A program made the position numbers and the translations under genes. A stretch of DNA of 64,000 nt from Ranitomeya imitator (Eukaryota): contig NC_091285.1 in the NCBI RefSeq assembly GCF_032444005.1, forward strand, positions 47,988,001 to 48,052,000. The letters are read 5' to 3'. Below are positions 20,845 to 31,839 of this stretch, one piece after another; position 1 is the stretch's first letter, and every line of letters begins with the position of its first letter. The notes beneath the pieces were generated by a model. That model saw only the letters and a list, made by a program, of their open reading frames with translations, was not told the DNA's origin and ran no database searches.

Positions 20845-22519
20845 TCAGACATTGCTCCCTAGAATACTCTCAATCATATGACAGATTTCAGTATGCCAAT
20901 TGAGGTGGCATAATGGTGCATTCATTCCTTGGCCACACCAAAGGTGCACCTGTGTGGGTGGACGGCAAATCAGCCTGTACAGACTGGATTCCTGCAATCC
21001 TTGGAGTTGGCAGAACACGTCCTGCGCCACTCGCACGATCTGTACCCGGCTCCACAACATTAACCCAATGGGCAGTAAGGGAAAGGTATCGCCCCTGTCC
21101 ATGGTGACTTGTCCACGCATCGGTGGTGAGGTGGACCTTGCTACTGACGGCGTTCAGTAGCACGTGTTTTATGTGTCCCTCCACATGCTTTTGCAGGGCA
21201 GGGATGGCTTGCCTGCTGAAATAAAAGCGGCTGGGCACATTGGATTGTGGGACTGCCAATGCCATCAAGTTGCGGAAGGTGTCAGTCTCCACCAGCCTGA
21301 ATGACAGCATTTCAAGGGACAGTAGTTTTGCAATGCCAGCATTCAGAGCCTGTGCTCGGGGGTGGTTTACCAAGAATGACCGCCTTTTCTCCTATGCCTG
21401 TGCTACCGATGGCTGTAGACTGGGCTGGGAGTGTGAGGATGACTGGGAACGTGGTGCTGTGGGTGGAATTACACTGGGTCTCTGGACAACAGTGCCAGAG
21501 GTTCTTCCATGGCGATCCTGTGACGAAGCCAAACCAGCTGTGTGTGAGCTGGAGGAAGAGGCAACAGCACGAGCTGAAGAGGTGGAAGGTGCCGCTGTAG
21601 GTTGGCCTAGGTCTTCAGTGTGTTTTTGTAACTCCACCGCGTGCTTGGTCTGCACATGTTTCCACATATTTGTGGTATTGACCTTGCATTTGACTAAGCA
21701 AATGTCATCTGCAACTGTGTCAAAAAAGGATGAGGCACTGCAAGTCTTGGGAGCGCCCGTTTTGGCTTTTGGAAGAGCCATGCTCTGAATGGGTGCCAAA
21801 GTGGAGGCTACAGGCACCGCAGTCTTTCCCCTCCCTCTCCCTCCTTTTTGGGCCGTTTGGGGAATCTTTTCCTCGGAGCTGCTCCCACCACCTTCCTGTA
21901 CCTCACGCCACGATGGGTCAAGGACCTCATCATCTACACTACCCTCTTCCAACAACTGCTTCTCCTGGGTAGTCTCGGCAGCACAGTATGCACCAGAAAG
22001 TGGCACTTGAGTCTCATCATCAGATGCTCACTGAGGTGTGCTGACCGGAGGCACTGGCCCACCCGCCTCTTCAGAATCAGAGAGACAAAGCTGTTGGGCA
22101 TCACTGCATACTGCCTCTTCTTCCATTTCTCCAATGCTGCTTGGCTGGCCCCCTCTTTCCAAGCCAAGAGATTCAGAGAACAGAAGTAGAGATGGCTCCT
22201 GTCCAGGGCTCTCTGACTTCCTGGGCAATTTGGCAGGTGGTGAAGAGACAGATGGGTGCTCTCCACTGCTCTGTGCCTGAGAGGTTGTGGCACTAATTGA
22301 AGTCGATTTGTTAGCTGCCATCCATCCGACAACGGCTTCAATTTTTTCTTCCTGCAGCAGCGGGGTACGGCGATCTCCTACAAAGCTGCGCATGAATGAC
22401 TGTTCCCTGCTGAAACTGGGTGATGATGAGTCACCGGTGCCCGCAGCAGGCACAGAATCCCCACGTCCTCTCCCTGGTCCATGCCCACGTTCACGTGCCT
22501 TACTCCCTGCCTTCTTCAT
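20845..22519 (-). pseudogene. hAT (Ac/ZBED-like) transposase remnant
   Basis: Partial BED finger (CLVKCK..TTNMWKHVQTKH), then FRLVETDTFRNLM, PSRFYFSRQAIPAL and HLTTDAWTS..GRYLSLTAHWV (first catalytic Asp). Split across frames and truncated at the C-terminus. Confidence 0.88.
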
Positions 22520-23393
22520 CTTGGTAGACTGATAAAGATAGGCAGAAAAGTACTAAGGGCTTACTGTGCTTATTTCTGCACTAATTGAGAAACGGACAAT
22601 GGAACAGTATGAGGCAGTGACGCACCCTGAGCTGACTACAACCGGCTGTGGCGGTAGAACAGACTGCAGAGCGAGCTGCACTCACACAGAGATCCTGCAG
22701 ACAGCCGTAAACAGCGCTGCAAGGCCAAAAAAAGCTGCTCTATGTAATCCTATATAGTGTTTTTACACAATCTAGCAGGATACGGATGGAAATCCACTAA
22801 TAGGATAAATTTGACAAAAATGTGCAGCAGGCTGCACTAATTGCAAAAAGGGCAATGGATTAAACAGTATGAGGCAGTGACGCACCCTGAGCTGACTACA
22901 ACCAGTGGTGGCTGCGGACAGACTACAGAGTGAGCTGCACTCACACACACAGAGATCTTGCAGACAGCTGTGAACAGCGCTGCAAGGCAAAAGCAAGGTT
23001 CTCACACAGTGGTTGCTAAATTAGCCTGAGTTAAGCACAATGAAGCAAATGGCTATCTCTAAACTGGCCCTCAGTCAGATCACAGCATCCTGTCCCTAAC
23101 TGAATTTACAGCAGAGTGAGCCCAAAATGGCGGCGGCGACTTTTATAGTGCATCATGACATCATTTCAGCAGCCAAGCACAGCCATGCCAGTAGTTACAT
23201 GCCTACCATGCAAAACAGGAGGTGCCCACACTTATAATCATTCCTCATTGGCTGAATTCGGGCTCTTTGAATTATGGGAACTTCCAATTCCGGTATCCGA
23301 TATACTGAAAGTATCGGAACTTGGTATCGGAATTCCGATACTGCAAATATCGGCTGATACCCGATACTTGCGGTATCGGAATGCTCAACACTA
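20845..23393 (-). mobile_element. Truncated hAT element (one TIR retained)
   Basis: Ends in GCTCAACACTA at 23393. Subterminal ~150-bp direct repeat (~22579-22725 / 22834-22988). Left end not found. Confidence 0.75.
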
Positions 23394-23401
23394 CTCACCA
23401 C

Positions 23402-24165
23402 TAGTGTTGAGCGATACCGTCCGATACTTGAAAGTATCGGTATCGGATAGTATCGGCCGATACCCGAAAAATATCGGATATCGCCGATACCGATATCCGA
23501 TACCAATACAAGTCAATGGGACATCAAGTATCGGAATGTATCCTGATGGTTCCCAGGGTCTGAAGGAGAGGAAACTCTCCTTCAGGCCCTGGGATCCATA
23601 GGGATGTGTAAAATAAAGAATTAAAATAAAAAATATTGATATGCTCACCTCTCCGGCGGCCCCTGGACATCACGCGGCTAACCGGCCGGCTTCTTTGTTT
23701 AAAATGAGCGCCTTTAGGACCTGCGAATGACGTCGCGGCTTCTGATTGGTCGCGTGCCGCCCATGTGACCGCGACACGACCAATTAGAAGCCGCGACGTC
23801 ATTCGCAGGTCCTAAATTCCTAGAATTAGGAGTTTAGTGAATGAGAATGACGTCGCGGCTTCTGATTGGTCGCGTCGCGGTCACATGGGCGGCACGCGAC
23901 CAATCAGAAGCCGCGACGTCATTCGCAGGTCCTAAAGGCGCTCATTTTAAACAAAGAAGCCGGCCGGTTAGCCGCGTGATGTCCAGGGGCCGCCGGAGAG
24001 GTGAGCATATCAATGTTTTTTATTTTAATTCTTTATTTTACACATCCCTATGGATCCGATACCGATACCCGATACCACAAAAGTATCGGATCTCGGTATC
24101 GGAATTCCGATACTGCAAGTATCGGCCGATACCCGATACTTGCGGTATCGGAATGCTCAACACTA
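23402..24165. mobile_element. hAT-family MITE
   Basis: TIR TAGTGTTGAGC, 8-bp TSD CTCACCAC (23394-23401 / 24166-24173), and an internal palindrome. Confidence 0.9.
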
Positions 24166-24174
24166 CTCACCACC

Positions 24175-24640
24175 TCTCTTGACACCCTGTTCCACTCATT
24201 GATCATCCTCACTGTCAAAAAGTCTAATCTGTATTCAGTTTTGTTCCACAGCTTTTTGTGTTTCCATGTACAAATGAGAATAAGGATGATTACACTGTCT
24301 ACACTGTGACATCCCTTCAGATATTTGTATACAGCTATTACAGTGAGTCTCCTCTTAGCCTTCTTTTCTGCAAGCTGAACATTCCCATATCCCTTAACCG
24401 TTCCTCGCAGAACATACCTTACTGTCTGCTCACCATCCTGGTAGCCCTTCTCTAAACTTGCTCCAGTTTTTCAATGTCTTTTTTAAAAATGTGTAAACAC
24501 AGTATTCCAGATGAAGTCTGACCAAAGAGTAGTATAAGGGGATAATTACTTCACATGATCTAGACAATATTCTTCTCTTAATACATGCTAGATCTGTGTT
24601 TGCTTTTTTTGCTGCTGCATCTGACTGTTGACTCATGTGC
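24175..24640 (-). mobile_element. CR1 LINE 3' fragment
   Basis: QSDAAAKKANTDLACIKRRILSRSCEVIIPLYYSLVRLHLEYCV is a typical CR1 ORF2 C-terminal segment. Confidence 0.85.
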
Positions 24641-24974
24641 AGTAATTGCACAGTACATAGCATGGTGACATTAATAAGATTATTGCAGTACTGGAACATT
24701 TCTTTTTAATAATCCAATTTTGGAACTTGTTATTATTCAAAGATCTATTTATTACAAAATACTTTGTTCATGGGATGATCCCTTTAAAAGGGAATTTGTT
24801 TTAGATTAATTCTGCCTGAAACACGGATACCATGAATCAGAGTCTAGTTGCATGACTGTGGCGACTTTGAAAAGCCATTTGGGGGCTTTAGGGAGAGACC
24901 TGCATAGTTAAGCACCTCCCCTAGCCAGCTTGCTTCAGTTGATTGACAGGTCTTTTCCATGTGTTCATGTAAGG

Positions 24975-26406
24975 CAGGGGTCCCCTGCCTGTAGCTCGGG
25001 AGTCATATGTGGCTCGCAGTCCCATGAACTGTGGCTCACGGCTGTCTGCCTACTTGGTGCATTAGCTCCAGATTTAGTAAACCGGTATGAAGAGCACATT
25101 TTAAAATGGTGAACTTTGTGAGTAGCCCTGCACAGAAGAGCAGATCTGGGTACTCATCTACTAGTCTTGGGTGTTTAGACATAATTTAAGTATGGGATGC
25201 TGGAGACAGGATGATACTACCAGTCAGAGGAGGTGCTTGAAGATGGATGTGACTATGTTGGTTGTGCGTAATGGGAGAATGCTGAATGTGGTGGGGTGTG
25301 GTGAGAACCCCTGGATCTTGGTATACTGCTTCAGGGGGATTTGTGTGGAAAAGCTTTGGTTATCATTATACCCATAATGGGGGCTTTGGTTGCCACTAGT
25401 GTTGAGAATTCCGATACTGAAATATTGGGTATCGACCGATATTCACTGTATTGAAGTTCCGATACTGAGTTCCGATACTTTTAGAATATCGAATAACGAA
25501 ATCAGAAGTTCCCATAATGCAATGAGCCAGTTTGATTTTATTCAGCCAAAGAAGATCCTAAGAAGTGTGGGCACATCCTCTTAGGCATGTTAGGCATGTT
25601 AACTAATGGCATGGCTGTGATTGGCTGCTGAAATGATGTCATGATGCACTATAAAAGCCGCTGACTCCATTTTGGGTTCACTCTGCTTTGAATTTACTTA
25701 GGGACAGGATACTGCTGTTCTGACTCTGAGGGACAGTTTGAGCTAGCGATTTGCTTTATTGTGCTTTAGCAACCACTGTGTGAGAAGCTTTCTTTTGCCT
25801 TGCAGCGCTGTTCACAGCTGTCTGCAAGGTGTCTGTGTGTGAGTGCAGCTCACGCTGTAGTGTGTTCTGCAGCCACCTCCGGTTGTAGTCCGCTCAGCGT
25901 GCGTTACTGCCTCATACATTGTCCTTTTTTGCATTAGTGCTGCTCATTTTTCCTGATTTCTCCTATTAATGTGGTTTCATCCGTATCCAGCTAGATTGCT
26001 TGCAAACACTATATAGGAGTAGATAGAGGAGCCTTTCTGCAGCCTTGCAGCACTAGTGCACATTTCTATGCCTTTAATGTCTCCTCCACCTCCCTCAATA
26101 CATTCTACATTATTCTTAGTTGTTTTCCTTCATGTAGAATTAACCTACAAGGAAAGAAAGGGTTTATTTTCATTCCGATATCTGTGTGCCATTGACTTGC
26201 TTTGGTTTCCGGTATCGGAATCGGCGATATCCGATATTTTTGGGGTATCGGTCCGATCCAATCCAATCCGATATTTCCCAATATCGGAAGGTATCGCCTA
26301 ACACTAGTTGCCACTACTGTGAGGGGGGACAGGAGCTGGATGTGGCTCTTGACCCTCTTGCAGAGCTGAATGTGGCTCTCAAGGTCAGAAAGGCTGGGGG
26401 CCACTG
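24975..26406. mobile_element. hAT (Charlie-like) MITE hosting a nested hAT derivative
   Basis: CAGGGGTCCCC...GGGGCCACTG ends with 8-bp TSD ATGTAAGG/ATGTAAGA. Confidence 0.7.
25397..26306 (+). mobile_element. Internally deleted derivative of the 20.8-23.4 kb hAT element
   Basis: TIR TAGTGTTGAG / CCTAACACTA and 8-bp TSD GTTGCCAC. 25600-25920 is the reverse complement of ~22860-23170. Confidence 0.88.
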
Positions 26407-27745
26407 ATGTAAGAGAAGACCTGTCAGTCATCTGGATGAGAGGGGAGAGAAGCTGGTCAGAGACCACATTTCGCTAGTTAGGCCTGTTTCTCCCGTACAG
26501 CCGGACTCTGATTCATGTTTCTTGTAGTTTCGGCAGAATAAATCTAATATTGTTAAGACACCTAAATTTTTTCAAAAATCAACTGAAATGATATAAAACA
26601 CAAATAAATAATACTAACCTCTGCCATTTCCATGTTGGTGATTACTGGGTTCCATAGATCACTGTTACAGAAGTCACAAGTTTGCATTGCCACATCGCTG
26701 GAGCTGCAAAGATAATCTGGTGGAGATCCTTAGAAGCATCAGAATGTGAGTAGTGTAGGATCCGAGGTACTGTACCTTCTATTACATTGTTTCATAATAT
26801 TCTAAAAAAATAAATTGACTGCACATTTGCTGTAATACTAAATATTGAATCATGATAACCTTACTAAAAAGATTAGTGTTCAAAAATAAGATATACAGTG
26901 AAGACACATAAAAGAATATAACATAAAATCTCATTCTTTAGCTCGCCATCCATATTTGTTTAGTAGTACGTGGCACACAATATAGAGAACACAATTGGCT
27001 GCTTAGCTAGTGCAGTTATATACGGCATGTTAATAGGTATGGATTCAGTAACAGCTCATTATATGTCTTGTATCTCTCTATATGCACAGAAATAACTACG
27101 TTGCTCGGAAAGTTGATTGCCTGCAATCCCCATTGCGTTTCTTGTGCCGAGAAGCATTCAACTTTTAAGGGAATAGTCATGAAAGCAGGAAATGTCACAC
27201 ATCATCAGCTACTACAATGAGACAGGACCTAGAGATAAAATCTGACTCACTGATGGTAAGATTGACAGGAACATAAAGAGGATTATGCTAGAGTAAGAAG
27301 TAAATAAGAAGAGAAAGAGAAACGTTCTGACGCAAACCACAGAATTTTTGGGTAATGAGACAAGGCTCAGACTAGAATGGAAATATTGCCACTGGGATCA
27401 ATTACAACCAATATATTTTATTAGACAAAACAAATGTTGGCATGTGTCTACTGACCTATTGAGTATACTGTACTGTATATATTCTCTGTTGGGGATTTAC
27501 AAGTTCTGTCTTGTATCTTGAGAATTGTGAGATACTACTATGATCATTTTACTTGATTAGATATTAGAGATGAGCAACACTTTTGAGATTTGAGTAGGCC
27601 CGTTTCACTGAGTATTTTCCAAATGCTCTAAAAAGAAGAATGTAACACTCTGAGGTCTCTTAGGACTGTATCCAACCACTGTCAATCTCTTTGAAAGGAA
27701 TATATCAGCAGAATTTATCATTAAAACTATTTCCATGTGCATGTA

Positions 27746-27978
27746 CAGGGTGGGCCATTTATATGGATTCACCTGGGTGGGTCATTTATAAAGTTGCATC
27801 CAAAATGGCTGACTTCAAAATGGCCGCCATGGTCACCACCCATCTTGAAAAGTTTTCTCACTCCCATATACTAATGTGCCACAAACAGGAAGTTGGTATC
27901 ACCAACCATTCCCATTTTATTTAGTTGTATCCATATACATGGCCCACCTAGGTGTATCCATATAAATGGCCCACCCTG
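27746..27978. mobile_element. Tc1/mariner MITE
   Basis: TA TSD and ~29-bp TIR CAGGGTGGGCCATTTATATGGAT(T/A)CACCT. Confidence 0.85.
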
Positions 27979-29819
27979 TAGATCTTTCAAATACAAGTCT
28001 AGCAATACCTTTACATGACCAGTCCGTTCCTTCATTATTGAGAAATCAGAGATGAATAGATATGCAAATTAGGTTGAAAGGCTATGGTAGATCTGAAGAC
28101 TCTTTCACTATAGCTCTAATCCCCTCCTGCACAACTTCTACACTGTCAGGTAAATCTTCATAGACTTATACAGAGAAAGTGATTTATGGTTCACACATAA
28201 TCTCCTGTGTGAGCCACTTAGTCTGTTCGCAGGTCACATGGGCAAAAACAGGACCGGAGCAATGCTGGAAACTGGGGAAGACCGCAAACAGTAAGTATAT
28301 TAATACACTTCCACATAAATACATTGGTAATTAGGACAGATTAGAAAAAACAACAATTTCTTGGGACTTCTTTAAACAAACATATTAAGGGACAACATAT
28401 TTCTCATTATAATCAACCTTACCAGTAGGAATTTAACTATTACATTTGCTGTTGCCATTCATTCAAAGGGTGACTTATTGCAATATACGGCATGTGAAAT
28501 GTCTCCAAGCATAGTAAAAGGTTTTTATGTAGATATTCGGTAAGTTTAAAAATTGGATCTGCTGTGATAGGGTGGATTTGCCATACATTCAGATTACCCT
28601 TTGTGATATCACTGGTCATTTAGTGGTCAATGGAAGACCACAAATTAATGAATAGTTTGTGTAATGTAATATGTACATCGGGTATGGCAAAATTTCTGAA
28701 GAACAATTTTCTGCCCACCCATAAATTATAGGGTACATGGGGTTGGGGGTCGAGTTCCCGCCTCTGCACAGGGGGAATCTCGGGCCATCTCCGCTGCGGT
28801 CTCCCATTCTTCTCCTGCTGCAGTGGAGCCTGCTCAGCGGAGATGTCGGTCCAAGCATCTTGCTCAGTCCCACTCTGTACAAAGAGTTACTGCTGCTTTT
28901 CCTGCTTTTGCCATTGAAGTCAGTGCTGGGCAGCAGCGAGCAGATGCTTCTGGTACTAAGTCCTGCTATTCTCATTCTGAGCATGCCCTGAGTAAGATCT
29001 CTCAGTGGAGATCGAGGGTCACATGGTCAGATACTGCACCTAAGTCCATTGGTCCTTTCAGGAAGGTCCTGTAGGTGCTAGGACTAAGTCCTGCTTTGCA
29101 CACACTGAGCATGCCCAGGGCAAGATCTCTCAGTGGAGATTTAGGGTCACATGCTCAGGTATGGCAGTCTCTCATTGGTCCTTCTGGGAAGGTCTTTTAC
29201 TTGCTGCAGCTATATAAGGCTCGCATGGCCGCACGGCCATGTGCTAGTATCAAATGTGTTTTGGCTTATGCCAGTGGATACGATACCACTCTGTTCTTAT
29301 GTGGTCTGAATCTCTTAGCATTGGGACTGTACACTCAGGCAGGCAGCTAGCGTCAGTGGGGGCAATTGGCCTTGGCTTAGCATCTGGTTCCTTCATGTGT
29401 GCAGTTAGCACAGAAGAGTTCCAGAGCAAGCACAACCCTAGTTAGGGTATTAGTTTTGTGTAGGAATAGCTATGGAGGATATCCACTAAGTTAAAACATA
29501 ACCTTTAATAAATGTAAGTAAAAGCTCGGATCCTAACAAGACACATACATGAACAAAACAAAAAGTGCTCTAGTGAACCAGTGCTCGAGATAAAAGATTG
29601 GATCAGTCTTACCAATTCAGACGGACATATGGAAAAAATCCCTCAAGCTCCATGAGGGTGGTGGTTCCAGATTGCTAAGGGCCAAGGGTAGGGAAAGGTA
29701 CACTGCCACTATCTTCCCTGTAAACCCTTAGAAGAACTCCTGTCCTAACAAGGACAGGCCCCGAGTGAGCCCTGCTATGGGAATCCACCAACCAACGTGT
29801 AGCCCTAAATGTCTCTCTT

Positions 29820-29864
29820 CTCCCTACGCGTTTCAACTCCGATGGGGGAGCATCATCAGGGGAG
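29820..29864 (-). ncRNA. Minimal type-I hammerhead ribozyme (copy 1)
   Basis: Exact reverse complement of 30097-30141. Confidence 0.75.
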
Positions 29865-30096
29865 TTATCTGGTCAGAAGAGGTACCAATGGGTCCCCTCA
29901 GTAGTCCTACACAGGACAGTCCAAAAGGTCCATACAAGTCCGTATACTTATAAGTCCGTATCAAATGGGTCCCGCAGTGGCTGGGAAGTCCCAGAAAGCT
30001 AAAGGATTCTGGCTGTGTCTGCAGCTTAGGTAAGTCAGGACTTAAGTCAGGTCCCCTTACTGAGGGGACCCATTGGTACCTCTTCTGACCAGATAA

Positions 30097-30141
30097 CTCC
30101 CCTGATGATGCTCCCCCATCGGAGTTGAAACGCGTAGGGAG
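30097..30141 (+). ncRNA. Minimal type-I hammerhead ribozyme (copy 2)
   Basis: Stem I CTCCC/GGGAG, core CTGATGA, stem II GCTCC-CCCATC-GGAGT, GAAA, short stem III in the palindrome ACGCGT, and predicted GUA cleavage site at 30136. Confidence 0.75.
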
Positions 30142-31311
30142 AAGAGAGGCATTTAGGGCTACACGTTGGTTGGTGGATTCCCATAGCAGGGCTCACTCGG
30201 GGCCTGTCCTTGTTAGGACAGGAGTTCTTCTAAGGGTTTACAGGGAAGATAGTGACAGTGTACCTTTCCCTACCCTTGGCCCTAAGCAATCTGGAACCAC
30301 CACCCTCATGGAGTTTGAGGGATTTTTTCCATATGTCCGTCTGAATTGGTAAGACTGATCCAATCTTTTATCTCGAGCACTGGTTCACTTGAGCACTTTT
30401 TGTTTTGTTCATGTATGTGTCTTGTTAGGATCCGAGCTTTTACTTACATTTATTAAAGGTTATGTTTTAACTTAGTGGATATCCTCCATAGCTATTCCTG
30501 CATTTTTCCTGAGGGTACAGACGAGGCTAGTTCTTGTATAGGCCTTAGCTATTCCTATTAGTTTTGTGTACAGCGCGACTCTTTGAGGCAACAGAGTTCG
30601 CTACCAGTTCACACGGGGTGAAGCTTAACGCACGTGTGAGCTCAGAGTCCATCCGCCATTACTTAGCAGCAGATATCTCTGCACGGTGGACCCCGGGCTG
30701 CGAACGCACCTTGTAGCTACCTACCTATTACTCGGTGCATTCCGCTTGCCCTAACACATGGAGGTCTTCAAAATGTCTTCTAATTCTGGTAACAAGTGAC
30801 TGTACCCTACAATAGCCCCCTAGATAATAACCTGCTTCTTTGGCATATAACTAATCAGCACCAGCTTAGAGAACATAAAACACTTCTCAAGAACATTTTT
30901 CACTTAGCAATGTAAGAAAAGAAAGAATCTTAACTGTTTTTCCTTAAGCTATATACAAACACGCGCTTCACCTCATCGCTTGATGATATCCAGATGACTT
31001 AAAATAAAACAATGCACTTTGAAAATGTTCTCCTGCTATAAATAAGCAGGCCGAGTAGTCAAGTATGTGTGCATTGTATGCAGATTGTGCTGATCATTTT
31101 TGCTAAAAGAAATTGGACAGTTGCTTTTCACTCATATTTTTCACCTTCATATCTCTTCTAACTTGGGATCATCTGCTGTTATGGAAAAATGTTTTTTCTG
31201 CTCTACTGGTGAACCACTGTGGTCAGTATGGTTGTTATCTGAGGAAGAAGCTGGATAACTTCGAAACACATAGATATTAAAACCATAACTTTTTCTTCCT
31301 TTGTGTCCTGT

Positions 31312-31839
31312 TGTAATGCTGCCGCAGCACCTTATCCTGCCACCTATGCTAGAGAGGGAAGATGGGTAGCACACACGACAACACTACAGTGCAGTGCGGC
31401 AGCGCAGGCACCACTAGGTGGCGAGTGTGGGGCAGACAAGCAGGGTCAGGATCGGAAAGGAGACGCAGTACCAGGGGAAGCAGCAATGCACGTGGTCAGA
31501 TACCATCCAGAGAAGTCGAAGACGTGAGACAGAAAAACAGGTCAAAGGACAAGCCGGGTCAGAAACCAAAGGTCACAGCACAGGGAGCACACAGCAAGAT
31601 GAGCTGGGAAGCAGGAATGGGAAGGCAGGGGAACTGAGTAAATGGGCAGAGGACAAATCAGGGTGTAATGGGGTCAGCCATTCAAGCCAGGGGCAAGGAC
31701 TATAGCCGACGCTGTCTGCAGGCAGCCGTGGACTGAAATAGCAAAACAGATCCCAAAATGAGGCAAAGAAGGTTAACCTCCGGCATGACCAGACCAGGTG
31801 GAGAATAGCAAGAAACAAACCCCGGCCTGGATCATGACA
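31312..31839. mobile_element. Solo LTR (family C)
   Basis: TGTAATG...CATGACA ends with 5-bp TSD CCTGT/CCTCT (one mismatch). Confidence 0.7.

Larger units (their letters stand above)
29463..30555. mobile_element. Penelope-like element remnant with inverted pLTRs
   Basis: 15-bp TSD TATTAGTTTTGTGTA (29448-29462 / 30556-30570). 442-bp inverted arms 29462-29903 / 30058-30499 with about five mismatches and a 154-bp spacer. Confidence 0.8.
28741..30756 (+). mobile_element. Solo LTR (family B) interrupted by a Penelope-like insertion
   Basis: (G)GTTGGGGG...CCCTAACA ends, 5-bp TSD CATGG (28736-28740 / 30757-30761), and TATATAA at ~29211. Confidence 0.8.

Noticed and set aside
20845-22519. Domesticated ZBED host gene
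   Set aside because: It has stops, frameshifts, a partly deleted BED finger and a C-terminal truncation, and it still carries a TIR with related MITEs nearby.
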